Assembly: GCA_014238055.1 (NCBI GenBank)
Contig: JABABV010000001.1
Span: 69,368 to 133,367 of the forward strand
Direction: 5' to 3'
Length of the DNA stretch: 64,000 nucleotides
DNA from: Mycoplasmatales bacterium
GTDB lineage: Bacteria > Bacillota_I > Bacilli_A > Mycoplasmatales > JABABV01
The position numbers were made by a program, and so were the translations under genes. Within the stretch, counting starts at the first letter, position 1; each line of letters begins with the position of its first letter. The notes below the pieces were generated by a model, which saw only the letters and a list, made by a program, of their open reading frames with translations, did not search any database and had not been told where the DNA came from. Positions 11,274-26,244 of the stretch are shown here, one piece after another.

Positions 11274-12239
11274 CTATCGATTAATCTTATTAATTATCCT
11301 TACCATTTCTGTTCTGTTAGTTCTTGGTTGATCTAAAGCTCTTTCGATATCATAATCTACAAATTTATTATTTACAATCCCAATACAACGAGAACTTTTT
11401 CCAGCAATTAATAATTCAACTGCTTTATTTCCCATCATAGTTGCAATATATTTATCCATTGGAACTGGCATTCCACCTCTTTGAATATGACCTAAAGAAG
11501 TAGCTCTAGTAACGACTTTAGTTTCCTTTTCAATTTTACTTGCAAATTCATGAATGTTTTTATAAGTTTTTTCAGTTACTAAAATTAAGCAAGAATTCTT
11601 TTTATTTTTTTTACTTATTTCATAAATACGAGCAACATCTTTAGCTGTTAAAACCTCATCTGGCATAGCTGTATAATCTACATCACTAGATATTCCAGAA
11701 AAGAATGATAAATCTTGACATTTATTACCCATAACTTCAACGATCCCAATTCTATGATGAGAATTCATCGTGTCTCTAATTTGAGCAATAGAATTTACAA
11801 TCGTATTTCAAGCTGTAAAAAATCCAATTGTAAAGTCTGTCGAAGCTATATCGTTATCAATAGTTCCTGGTAAAGCGATACTATTAATTCCTAATTCAGA
11901 TAATTTTTGAGCACCTTTATAAGATCCATCGCCACCAATAACTACTAAAGCGTCGATCCCTAATTTATCTAAGTTTTTTTTAGCTATTTTACGGTTAGCA
12001 ATATCTTTAAATTCAGGAAATCTAGCAGAGAAAATAAAAGTTCCCCCTAAATTTAAAATATGTTCAATATCATCATTATTTACTTTTACGATATCACCTT
12101 TATAAAGACCAAGATATCCTTGTTTAACTACATAAGTTTCAATATTGTTACAATGAGCACTTTTAACTATAGCTCTGATAGCTGCATTCATCCCTGGAGC
12201 ATCTCCTCCGGAAGTTAAAATAGCAATTTTTTTAATCAT
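11274..12239 (-). CDS. pfkA: 6-phosphofructokinase
   Basis: [37 protein letters not shown]; joined through TGA at 11808. Confidence 0.97.
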
Positions 12240-12347
12240 ATTAATTCACCTATTCTACATTAGTAATATTTGAAAAATAATTTTCTTTCAACTAATAAAT
12301 AATTTTATTATAATTTAAGACAAAAAGCAAGTTTAATTAAAGATTCT

Positions 12348-12623
12348 TTAATCATCTTTCATGACAAATCAAAACAAAAAGAATCCTATAATAGCTATAA
12401 AAATCAATAGTATAATCATTCCGCCAATAAAATTTTTTTTATTTTTTTTATGTATTTTTTTCGATAATTTATGATTTTTTAATTGATTGCTATTCGTTCT
12501 ACCGATTACTAAGTTTCTCTTTTTACCAAACTTATCTTTAATAGTTTTGACATAAAATGTTTTTTTATCAGTTCTATTTACGACATTATTTTTTAAATCT
12601 TTCGTTTTCTTGTGACCCTTCAT
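12348..12623 (-). CDS. Small basic protein with a C-terminal TM helix
   Basis: 91 aa, Lys-rich N-terminus and hydrophobic C-terminus; AAAGGTGGTG upstream. Confidence 0.65.
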
Positions 12624-12708
12624 AAAATAACACCACCTTTATATTTTAATTATAACCTATATATCAAAATATATATTTTTGTGTTATTCCAGTTATCTAG
12701 TTTTGAAT

Positions 12709-12755
12709 TTTAAAATAAAAAATACTAATTTTAATCAGTATTTTTTATTTTAAAA
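12709..12755 (-). terminator. eno terminator
   Basis: Long inverted repeat TTTTAAAATAAAAAATACT...AGTATTTTTTATTTTAAAA next to the eno stop. Confidence 0.65.
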
Positions 12756-12756
12756 T

Positions 12757-14100
<1,344 letters not shown>

Positions 14101-14253
14101 TTTATAGCTACCTCACTTTTTTATTAAAATATAATTCTTAAATATTATAAACCATTTTCATATATTTTCATAATTAAATAAATATTTATTTTTAAAAAAA
14201 CATATATTTACGTAATTTGTTATTATTAAATATATAGAAAGGGTGATTAAGTT

Positions 14254-15420
14254 ATTAAAAGATTTAAGAAAAAGATTTTTTTATTAATTGCGATTTTGAT
14301 GCCTGCATCTTTAATTTCTTGTAGTCATGAAGCTAATTCATATACATGAATAGATTTTAAAACAGATGCTTTAAAAACTAATATTCGCGATATTGCAGTT
14401 AATAAAAATCATGCTTATAATTGAAATGAAAAAGATGTCTTTGTGCAAGATGGTGATTTCAAAGTTGATGATGATGATCATTCTTTAAAAATTTCAATAA
14501 TCGATGACACCATTCATGAAGAAGCAGAATTCTATATTGGTTTTTGACTTTATAACAAATACGATGTAAATTCATGACTAAACTTAAACCTTCACACGAA
14601 CATTTATAGTTGAAATTTATTTTCTGAATCTGTTAGAAATGAAAATGTTCAAAATATTTTAAAAAACATTAATAAAATTGATGATTGAAAATCAGCAATC
14701 ATTAATAAATTAATTTTAGAAGAAAATGAAAATCGAATTATCATTGTGATTTATAAATCTCAAGATACAAATAGTAGACATTTAACAGATTATATAAATT
14801 ATAATAAAGGCCGTTATTTTTTAAAAAATTGAGAAACTTACAGCTTGTTGAATTTTAAGCAAGATGTTAACCAAGTTACCCCGCAACAACTATTACGTGT
14901 TTGTCAGCCCCAATATTGAAGAAAAGATAAAGATAAAATTGTTAAAATTCAATCAAAAATCAATCTTAACGATTCAATTACGATCACGATAAAAAACGAA
15001 TCTAATCTCGAGAATTCTCTACCGTTATTTTATTCTACTTTTGCTTTTGATCAAGATAATCCACTACCTTATATTTTAAATAGTGATCAAGATTATAATT
15101 ATGGAAATATGTGAACTTGCGATACTTGAGATAGTTTTTCATTCGAAATCAAAAGAGAAGTTAGTGAGCATAGTGATGCTTGATTAAAAAATATAATCAT
15201 TATTTTAAAAACGAAATATATAAATGCAATGAAAGGGTGAGATAGTTCTTATTCAACATCAACTGAAATTCAAAATTTTAAAATAATATTGAAACCTTAC
15301 CCAAAAATAAGAATGACACTTTATAACAAAAATATAGCGGCTCCTTATAATTCTATAGATATAGAAAATATTTGAAGTGGTAGCGATAACAATAGCAATG
15401 ATTGAACATTACAAAATTAA
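14254..15420 (+). CDS. Lipoprotein with about four Trp-anchored repeats, probable ATT start
   Basis: Open for 388 codons with TGA=Trp and absent from the ORF track. Signal (M)KRFKKKIFLLIAILMPASLIS-C; GAAAGGGTGA ends 7 nt before ATT. Confidence 0.8.
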
Positions 15421-15554
15421 ATAAAACAAATAATTTTATTTAATTTTTTAATTTTTATAGTAAACTTTAACTATAGTGAAAAAATAGTGTAATAAAACCC
15501 TTTCGAGTGAAAACGTATATTAAAACATAATCACATACATAAGGGAGGATTTTT

Positions 15555-16043
15555 ATGTCCGAAAATAATTACAATCAAAGTGGAGAAACAAAATCTTTAT
15601 TAAATAATAAAAGTCGCTTAAAATTAAATACTATTTCTAAACATTTTATTTGAATAGTCTTATGAAGTTTAATTTTAATTACTGTTGACTTATCAAGTTA
15701 CTTTTTAATGATTCATATCTTAAATAATATTAGTGCAATTGGTAAACACATAGACATTGAACAAATTTTTATATTTTTATCATCCATCGCCATCGTATCT
15801 ATCATAAATGTAATATCTTGAATTTATTTAGGTTTTTTATTAAATTGTTATTTCAATTGAAATAATAATAAAAAAACCTTTGCCATCAGAGTTTTTGTAA
15901 CTTTAGCAATGATTTATTTAGTATACTTAACTGCTGGAGTTGGTTTTTTAGCAATCATATCTACCTTAAAATATATTGACTATAAAAATAATCAAAATAG
16001 ACCATCAAAGTTTAGAACTCAAGCGAATGAACAAATTATTTAA
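15555..16043 (+). CDS. Hypothetical membrane protein (3-4 TM)
   Basis: AAGGGAGG before ATG; 162 aa open with TGA=Trp; absent from the ORF track. Confidence 0.8.
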
Positions 16044-16044
16044 A

Positions 16045-16077
16045 TAAAAAAAGCCAACTGTAAATAGTTGGCTTTTT
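16045..16077. terminator. Bidirectional terminator
   Basis: A-run, GCCAACT-GTAAAT-AGTTGGC, T-run between convergent genes. Confidence 0.8.
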
Positions 16078-16093
16078 ACTTCAATAAATTATT

Positions 16094-17311
16094 TTAATTA
16101 TTATGAATTGCTTCTATAGCTGGTAATTTCTTACCTTCTAGAAGAGCTAACGAAGCTCCTCCACCAGTTGAAATATAACTGAATTTATCATGAAATCCCA
16201 TTTTTATCGCAGCTGATGCACTATCTCCTCCACCAATGATTGAGAATAATTTATCAGTACCGACATTAGCAATCGTTTTACAAATTGATTCAGTTCCAAA
16301 AGCAAAGTTCTTAAATTCAAAAACTCCCATCGGACCATTTCAAACAACTGTTTGAGCACTTTCAATAATTTTCTTATATTTAGCTACTGTCTTAGGACCG
16401 ATATCTAGTCCCATTTCGCTACTGCTTATATTATCTATTGCACGATACGTTGGTTTAGTATCAGCAAATTCTTTTACACAAGCGATATCTACTGGTAATT
16501 CGATTTTGCCAGCATGATCATTATCTAAATACGATTTAGCTAATGATAATTTATCGTTTTCTACTAAAGAATCTCCAACTTCTTTCCCTAAAGATTTAAA
16601 GAAAGTATAAGACATTCCTCCACCGATCAATACTTTATCAGCGATTTTTAATAAGTTTGCAATAACATTAATTTTATCAGAAACTTTAGCTCCACCAATG
16701 ATTGCTACTAATGGACGTTTAGGTTCATTAACAACTTTGTTTAGCATACGTAATTCTAATTCTATTAATCTTCCAACTACGGCAATTTTCATATTATTAG
16801 CAATTCCTACGTTAGAAGCATGACTTCTATGCGCTGTTCCGAAAGCATCGTTTACGAAAATGTCACCTAAATTAGCTCAATATTTTGCTAAGTTAGGATT
16901 GTTTTTTGATTCATAATTAACAACTTCACCATTTTGAACATCTTCAAAACGAGTATTTTCAAGCATTAATATTTGACCCTCATTTAAATCTTTAACAGCT
17001 TCATCGACTGCTACCCCTCTAGTTGAATCAACAAATTTAACTGTTGCATCTAATTTTTGATTTAATGCTTCAGCAACTACTTTTAAAGATTTTGTAGCTT
17101 TATCACTTTCTTTTTTAATACGTCCTAAATGTGATAATAAAATTAATTTAGCGCCTTTTTTCAATAATTCTTTAATAGTTGGTAATGCCATTAAAATACG
17201 ATTATCATCATTAATATTTCCATTTTTATCTAAAGGTACGTTAAAATCAACACGGACAATAACTTTTTTTCCTTCAATGTCTTTTAAATTATCTAATGTT
17301 TTTTTATTCAT
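16094..17311 (-). CDS. pgk: Phosphoglycerate kinase
   Basis: [32 protein letters not shown] (W=TGA), ISTGGGASL. Confidence 0.97.
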
Positions 17312-17329
17312 AAAATTCTCCTTGTTAAT

Positions 17330-17857
17330 TTATTTTGATAATTCTTTTTCTTTTTTTAATAATTTTGAAAAATAAATTATCGTAATAATAGATTGTATAA
17401 AAATAAATAAAGCTAATATATTAACATTTATTATATTAATATTTTCTGGATCATTCTCGCTAAAATCACTATAGCTAAAAAATCCATAATTAATTAATAA
17501 TACTGCTGTAATAATAATAAAAATGATACTTTCAAAAATTCCTAATTTAATTAAAAAAGCTAAGACTTCTGGAAATTTAACTATTATATAGAAACTAGCT
17601 ATTCAAGTTGTGATTGCAAATAACAAAAATAATGTATTTGTAATTTGGAAAAAATGTGACTGTCCTATTGAATTAGAAACTTGCTTACCGTTATAAAATA
17701 AAGCTGGAAAATAGAAATGATTATCTCCAATAAGATATGGCCCCGTTAAAATAGCGATTATCAATAGCGGGGGTGTCAATAATAGAATAATTCTAACTAT
17801 CATAGTTTTTTGATTTCTATTCAAATTATTAATCATTCTCTTTAAATTATTTATCAT
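17330..17857 (-). CDS. Hypothetical membrane protein (about 4 TM)
   Basis: 175 aa through TGA at 17603; start overlaps the upstream gene stop. Confidence 0.7.
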
Positions 17858-18935
17858 TCTCTATGCCTTCTACATCATTCATAAGCAATGTTTTTTGTTT
17901 ATTCTTGTTAGACGTTCGTTTATAGTAATAATAAATATAATAATTAAATGATCCAGCAATAAAAATAAACAAGAAAGTAAGTGCTCAAGTTCCGGCACCA
18001 GTAGGATTAAGATCGAAAGGTGTAACCATTAAAATTACAATTCAACTAGCTAACAACATACCTAAAGAAAATAACCTCATAATATTGGAATACTTATTAT
18101 TAGATTTATCAAAAAGCGTCAAAATCAAAATAACACCAATAACTGCAGACACCATATATAAAGATAAAGGTCCTAAATAATGTCATTTATGTGCTATCAT
18201 GTGTCCGAAAAAATTATTATACATTCCAAATAATAATAATATCATCGAACCAGATAGCCCTGGAAGCATTAATGAAAATGAACTTAAAAACCCAGCAAAG
18301 CAAAGTTTCATATAGTCTAGATTAGAAACTACATAATCACCTGAAGCTGTACCTTTATGTTTGGTCGGTTCTGGAAGACCATGCTTTACTACTACTAAAT
18401 AAATTCCAATTGATAATAAAACAGAAAATCCTACAAGAATTGGCGTGAAATTTTTGAAAGTTTTTTTATTAAAAGCACTTTTAAAATTACGTTTTTCGCC
18501 ATCATAATTCAAGATTTTAATATTTTCAATTTTAGAAAAAGAATAAACTGAAGTTAATACAAAGAATGCAAAAAATCAAGTAATAACTATTGGAATACCG
18601 TTAAATTTAGATCAAAATGCATTATTTTTGTAATCCCCATCTAAAAAATAAGCAATATAAGAAGATAGTTCGAAAAACCCAATTGCCCAACCAATCACAA
18701 AAAAGAATCCAAATAAAAAGTTTACTCATCATCTTCATGAATGGATTTTAAATTTTATAAATATATGTCAAGATTCAATTATCTTCGACATATAACCAGT
18801 AACATTTATTAGTGTACCACCTGAAAAACCAGGAACTATATCACTTAAACCAGTTATGATTCCAACAAAAATATTTTTAACTTTTTTCCATATTTCTGCT
18901 CTAACCAAGACTAAAATACTATTTATTTTTTTCAT
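17847..18935 (-). CDS. DUF368-family membrane protein (undecaprenyl-phosphate translocase-like)
   Basis: GLSDIVPGFSGGT and LMLPGLSGSMILLLFGMY repeats characteristic of DUF368; alternative ATG at 18947. Confidence 0.8.
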
Positions 18936-18962
18936 ATTGATAGCCATTCCTTTTTTTTAATC

Positions 18963-21900
18963 TTAAAAAAATGATAATTGATCTTTTTCTTGAAGATTTT
19001 TAAATACATTCATATCTTTCATTTTTTGAATAACTGTTTTATTTATCGAAGTTCTTTTAATAATATTTTCGATCGAAAAGAATTCGCCTAATTGTCTAGA
19101 TTCGACAATTAACTTTGCGACATTAATACCTAATCCATCTATCGATGTAAATGGCGGTGTTAATGACTTATCTTTTTCGTTAACTATTCAAGTATCTACT
19201 AAAGACTTATTAATGTCAATATTTTCTACTTTATAACCTCGAGCATACATTTCTAAAGTAACTTCATAAACAGGTATTAAATTTTTTTCTTTTGAAGTAA
19301 TTTTAATTTTACCATTAATTAACTCTTTTAGATTAATTAATTTTTGTTTAACTGCTTCTTTACCTTGAATTGTTAATTCAATATCAAAATTATCACATCT
19401 AATTGAAAAAAAAGTGGCATAGTATTCTAAAGGATAATATTTTTTAAATCATGCAATTCTTCAAGCCATCATTACGTATGCAGTGGCATGTGCTTTCGGA
19501 AACATATATTTAATTTTTTCACAAGATTCAATATATCAGTTTTCAACATTATGTTTTTTCATCAAGTCTTTTCAATCAGGAGTTAGCCCTTTACCTTTAC
19601 GAACAGCTTCCATGATTTTAAACGACTCTAACGAATTAATTCCTTTAGAAATTAAGTAAGTCATAATATCATCTCGACAACCAATAACTTCTTTAACGCT
19701 ACAAATATTTTTAGAAATTAAAATTTGAGCATTATTAGTTCATACATTAGTACCATGACTTAATCCAGATATTTGAATTAAATCAGAAAAAGTTTTCGGT
19801 TGCGTTGCTAATAACATTTTACGAACAAATTGAGTTCCGAATTCCGGTATCCCCATCGCTCCTGTAGGTTCTCCTAAAATATCTGATGGTTTAATTCCTA
19901 ATGCTTCAACAGAAGAAAATAAGTTCATTACTTGAGGATCGTTATTAGGAATCGAATTAGGATCAATACCTGTTAATTTTTCTAATAATTTTAAAGCCGT
20001 AGGATCATCATGACCTAATAAATCTAATTTTAATAAATTATCATGAATAGCATGGAAATCAAAATGTGTTGTTAATCATTCTGATTTAAGATCGTTAGCG
20101 GGATAATTAATAGGCGTGAAATCTTCTACTTCAAATTCTTCAGGAACAATTATTATTCCTCCTGGATGTTGACCAGTTGTTCGTTTGACTCCAACACAAC
20201 CATTGACTAGAAAATCAATCTGAGCTTTTTTACTTGATGGTTTATTAACTAATTCTTCATAAGCTTTAATATAACCATAAGCTGTTTTATCTGCTACTGT
20301 TGAAATTGTTCCGGCACGATAAACGTTTTTTTCACCAAACATTTTTTTAGTTCAGTTGTGAGCCGTTGCTTGATAATCACCAGAAAAATTTAAATCGATA
20401 TCAGGCACTTTATCACCATTGAATCCTAGAAAAGTTTCAAATGGAATATTATGTCCTTCACCAACTAATTGTCCGTCACATTGAGGACAATCTTCAGTAA
20501 TTAAATCATAACCACTTCTTACTTTTTTTGTATCAACAAATTTTAAAAATTTACATTTATTACATAAGTAATGTGGCGCTAATGGATTAACTTGAGTTAT
20601 ATCTGATAACGTCGCCACTAAAGATGATCCAACTGATCCACGAGATCCAACTAAATAACCTGCTTCGATTGATTTAGCAACTAGTTTATGAGAAATTCAA
20701 TAAATTACTGCAAAACCATTTCCGATAATTGATTTTAATTCATATTCAATTCTATCGGTTATTATTTTTGATAAATTTTGGCCATATTTTTTATAAGCAT
20801 TATCATAAACTAATTCTTTCAATTTCTCTTCTACCCCATCAATTTTCGGAGTATAAAGATCTGTTTTTATCGGAACGACTTCATCACAAATATCACTAAT
20901 TTTATTAGTGTTTGTAATAACAATTTTTTCAATTAATGCTTTGTTATTTAAAAATTGAAATTCTTGAACCATTTCAGAAGTTGTTCTTAAATGTTGTTTT
21001 GGCTTTTCATAATTAGGGTTAGCTCGATAAAATAAAGGATGTATTTTACCGCCGATACCTTTACTATTTATATATACGTTTCTAAAATTAGATTCTTCTG
21101 GATTTATATAATGAGCATCACTAGTTGCTACTACAATTTTATTTAATTTTTCAGCAGTAGTAATAATTTTTAGAATTGTTTTTTCTAAATCCGCTTTTGA
21201 CATTTTATTTTGCGCTACTAAATGACTATATACAGTCAATGGTTGCACTTCAATATAATCATAAAATAAAATTGCTTTTTCTAAATCATCGATACTTCTG
21301 TTACAAGCTATGTCAAAAATTTCATTATTAGAACAACTAGAACCGATCAATAAATTTTTTCTTAATTTTATAAATTCTGATTTTATAATTTTAGGTTCAC
21401 GGGCAAAAAATTTAGTATGTGATAAAGACACTAGTTTGAAAAGATCTTTTAATCCAGCTTGATTTTTCACTAACGCAGTTGTATGACTAGGTCTTAAATG
21501 ATAATAAATATTTTCATTTTGCAATTGGTCAATATCATTTCAGTTAGAAATTTTAGCATCTTTAATTTGACCTAACATATGATTAAATAACATTTGCAGA
21601 ACTTCAGCATCGTAGTCAGCACGATGGGCAACGCTGTTATCGTAATTAATTTTAAAACGCTTCGCCAAACTACCTAAACGATGTCTTTTAACGTTAGGAT
21701 TTAAGTTATGCGACAATGCTAAAGTATCGATTACTAAGTTACTTATTTTACCGAATCCAAATTTTAAAGAAGAATTTTCTAAAAATTGATAATCGAATTT
21801 AGCATTATGCGCCACGAGAGCACTTTTACCAATTCAAGATAATATTTTTTTAATCGCTTCTTCTTGAGAAATAGCATCTTTAACCATTTCATCATCAATA

Positions 21901-23309
21901 TTAGTTAGTTCTGTTATGAATTTTGGAATTGATTTAGTTGGTTTAACAAAAAATTGTAAAGTTTCAACTACTTGGCCATTGTTAACTCTAACTCCTCCAA
22001 ATTCAATAATGTCATCAAAATTAGCTCAAAGACCGGTAGTTTCTAAATCGAAAATAATGTATTCATTTTTTTCAATAAAATAATCTTGTTTATTAAAAAC
22101 AATGTTTCCTTTTTCAGGAATAACGTTAAATTCACAACCATAAATTACTTTTAAAGGGTTCTCTTTAGTTCGCATTTTGGAAACTGCGTTATAAATTTCG
22201 GGAAATGATTGAATATTTAAATGGTCAGTTATAGCAATTGCTTTATGATTTCAAGCCATTAAAGTTTTAATTAATTTATTGGGTTCAATAATTCCGTCCA
22301 TAGCACTCATTTTAGTGTGCGTATGTAATTCTACTCTTTTAATTTTAGCGTTATCTTGACGAGCAAATTTGTCATTATTTTTTGATTTAATATCAAAATT
22401 ATTCATTCAAATAATTAATTCTTTTGAGAAACTATCAAAAGTAATATCACCATAAACAACGATGTTATTATCTACTTTAATAATATCTAACTGCTCTTTA
22501 GATAATCTTTTTGGACTATCGATCGCTTTTACAATAATCGAATTAACATGATTTGTTATTCAAAAACTATAAATAAATCTTCCAGTTTTAGTTTCGAATT
22601 GATCGATCTTAAAGATCGTTCCTTGAACTTTAACTTTTTTAGTCTCTACTTCAATTTGATCAATAGCAATCGTTGTATAAGTTTTACTATTAAAATTATT
22701 TCTTTTAAATTTTGAAGTAGCTGATTTTGGTTGCGGTCTTGATATTGGTTGCTTGTTAATTGTAGTCGATTTTGGTAGTTCAGTTAAATAACTATTACTA
22801 TCGATATGCTGTGCAATTAAAGCTTGTAAATTTGATTTTACTAATTTAGTTTTGATATTTAAATTTTGAAAACCATATTTTACAAAGATTTCTATTCAAT
22901 TAACGAGTTCTTTATCTACTCGCTCTTTTAATGATTGAGACGTTACATTAATAACGATATCATTATTATCGATCATCAAATCTTCGGTTTTAATTAAATC
23001 ATAAAGATCTTTACCGATGAATTTATATTCTAATTCAACTAGCTTAGTTCAATACATTTTAAAAAGATTAAAAGTTCATTTATAATCAATGAACTCAAAA
23101 TTAATCTCAGGACTATATAATAAAGTTTTTAAAGCTGTTTTAAACTCTATCAAACTATTTACTTCTATTATTTGTGGAACTTTAATAACGATTTTTAAAC
23201 AATTAGTTTTTGGGTTATGTCCAAAATAAGTAATTTCACTATTCAATAATTCTGTAGTTGGTTTAATTTTGATTTTTTTAAATAATTTCTCTATTGATAA
23301 ATTTGACAT
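18963..23309 (-). CDS. polC: DNA polymerase III PolC-type alpha subunit
   Basis: 1448 aa with [59 protein letters not shown]. Confidence 0.97.
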
Positions 23310-23325
23310 TTAACTCAGTAGACAA

Positions 23326-24126
23326 CTAACTTATAAGATCTTTTAATAATAAACCAACGAATAAAAGCATTATCAAACTAAGTCCGATAATATTTAAAAT
23401 ATTATTTAATTTTTCCGACATCGGTTTGCCTGTAACTCAATGATAAAACAGACCAACAAATTTATATCCATCCATCGGCGCAATCGGCAATAAATTAAAG
23501 ACTGCTAAACTAAGAGAAACCGAACCAATTAATAAGAAAAAATAAGAACCATCGTTTCAGATTCCTTTAGTTTCTTTACCAATTTGAATAACACTACCCA
23601 TGTGAGAAAAATTAAAAATAAAAATATGACCTAAAGCTGTAAAAATAGCGTTTAGATTATTACCTAAATTTAATCAATAAGGATATATTTTACCACTACC
23701 ATTATGATTCATAATAGTTATCGAAATGTAAAAACATAACATTCCAAAAAGTAAATTTAAAATAATTCCTGCCAAAATAAACAATATCTTTTTCGGAAAA
23801 GAAACATTTTCATAAAGACGTTTAATCGGTATTTTCATATCATGAGTTTTAATAAGCTCATCATTTTCTTCAGTATAACCATAAAGATCAGGAAAAAAAT
23901 GTTTTGCAGCGTGTTGAGCAACTAACACATATCCCCCAATTGGTAACAATCTTAAACTATAAGACGTTTCGTTTTTACCTCAAGAAAATAATTTGGGACC
24001 AAACCCGATTGCAAATTCATGAACATACATTTTACTCATCTTAGCTACGATAAAATGTCCAAATTCATGCAAAGTTATCAATACTAACAATATTAATATA
24101 GTATTTAGAATTAATAGTGCATTCAT
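23326..24126 (-). CDS. rseP: Site-2 (M50) intramembrane metalloprotease, short form without PDZ
   Basis: LHEFGH, FAIGFGPKL, LLPIGGYV, NLLPIAPMDG; directly downstream of dxr. Confidence 0.88.
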
Positions 24127-24131
24127 ACTTT

Positions 24132-25289
24132 TTAACCTCCGTATTTATTCATTATTTCTTTTCTAACTTTATTATCTATTCTTATAATATCTTTCAAATT
24201 AGGCTTATCTAATGCTTCGTGGTTGTCTAAACTAAATTGAATTACTTTTTCAATATCTAAAAATTTAATTTTTTTATTTAAAAATAAATCAACAGCGACT
24301 TCATTAGCAGCATTAATTACTACTGGTCAAGATAAAGGTTTATCTAAATAACTAGTTCCCAAAAAGAACAAAGGAAATTTTTCTTGAGTTAATTTTATAA
24401 ATTTTAATTTATTAAAATCATCTATTGATAAAGGTTTTAATTCTTGGTCTTTAGTTCTTTCAGGATAAAACATAGCATATTTTATCGGTAAAATCATTGT
24501 TGGTTTAGATAATTGTCATTGCATTGAACCATCTTTAAATTGAACTCCACCATGAACGAAAGAATTAGGTTCGATAACAGCTTTTATTTGATCTTTTTTT
24601 AAATTAAACAATCATTTAGCTTCGTAAACTTCGAAAACTTTATTCATCATTGTTGCACTATCAACTGATATTTTTTTACCCATTTTTCAAGTTGGATGGT
24701 TTAATGCTTGATCGACATCTATATTTTCTAATTCAGATCTTGGAGTATTTAGAAAAGGTCCTCCACTAGCTGTTAAAATAACGAAATTGATATCGTCTAA
24801 AGTTGACTTCTGTAATATTTGTCAAATAGCACTATGCTCACTGTCAACAGTCATTAAATGACTTTTAGAACTGCGAAGTTTTTTCATAATTAAATGTCCA
24901 CCAACAACTAAAGATTCTTTATTAGCCAACGCTAAAGTTTTACCTTGACCAATAATTGTTAATGTTGGTTCTAATCCAGCGATTCCAGAAATAGCATTAA
25001 TTGCAAAATCATAGTTACATTTTTTTATAAATTTATTAATATTATCTTCAGAACAATAAAAATTGATTTTTGGAAATTTATTTTTTAAAATCAATTTATC
25101 TTCTTTTTTTAAAACAAAAATATTTGAAACTTCAAAATCTTGAATTAAACTTTCAACTATTTTTGTATTATTTCCTACACTAGCTCCTGTGATTTTAAAA
25201 AAAGATTTATTTTTTTTAATAATTTCTAATGCTTGGCTTCCAACTGACCCAGAGGCTCCTAACAATAATATATTTCTATTTTTAATCAT
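24132..25289 (-). CDS. dxr: 1-deoxy-D-xylulose-5-phosphate reductoisomerase
   Basis: LLGASGSVG, LALANKESLV, VDSEHSAI, LTASGGPF, HPTWKMGKKISVDSATMMNK. Confidence 0.95.
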
Positions 25290-25307
25290 AATTAATATTC
25301 TTCCTTA

Positions 25308-26228
25308 CTATGTTCGAAATAAAACTAAAGACAAAAGTCCAAAAGTTATAAATACAATACTTACCGAATCAAGACGATCCATAATTCCACCATGTCCTGG
25401 TAGAAGTTTAGAAAAATCTTTAATTTTTAACCTTCTTTTTATTGAACTAAATAATAAATCACCAAGCGGAGACATAAACGATAGAACTCCACCAATAATC
25501 ATTGTATTAATAATATTATTAGTATCATCATTCAAGAATCCAACTGAGTTTCAATCACATGTTATTTTTGAACAATAACCGAAAGTAAAAGCGAATATGA
25601 AAGCGAATATGAAACCGCTTATCGCTCCTTCAACTGTTTTTTTAGGACTAATTTTTGGAGCTAGTTTATTTTTACCAAATAAACGACCACCGATAAATCC
25701 ACCAGTATCACTTAAAGAAGCTATTCCAACGATATAAATAATATATTTATAATCACATATTCCTAATAGGATTGCTATCTTACCAAATATAGCCATTAGG
25801 AAAATGATTCCTAATGGATATAAAAAATGATCAATCTTAAAGTTATCATCGAAAAGAGCCAAAATAAATAAAAATATTGGCGTAAGCATTAAATATGCAC
25901 TTAAACTATAGAAATTTAAAATGATATCATCAAAATTAAGTTTTTTGTCAGAAATCATATTTATAAAAGACACATTAGGCAAAAATATGAGAAGACCTGT
26001 ATAAATAACTATTGCAAAAAGAGTTATTTTATTAAAATTTAAATGTTTTATTAATTCTCAAGTACCTAACATAATTATTGTTATAAAAATAGTTATGTCG
26101 ATAACTTTAACATAAGTAATTCCGCTAGAAGCGAAATAAATAATCGGAGAAAAAACTAAAATTAATATTGTAGCAGTAATGTATCTATTTAAATTAGAAT
26201 TGTAGTTTTTATTTTTTTTATCAGTCAT
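25308..26228 (-). CDS. cdsA: Phosphatidate cytidylyltransferase
   Basis: SDTGG, PKISPKKTVEG, GDLLFSSIKRRLKIKDFSKLLPGHGGIMDRLDS. Confidence 0.93.
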
Positions 26229-26244
26229 ATTTTAAAATCCTCTT

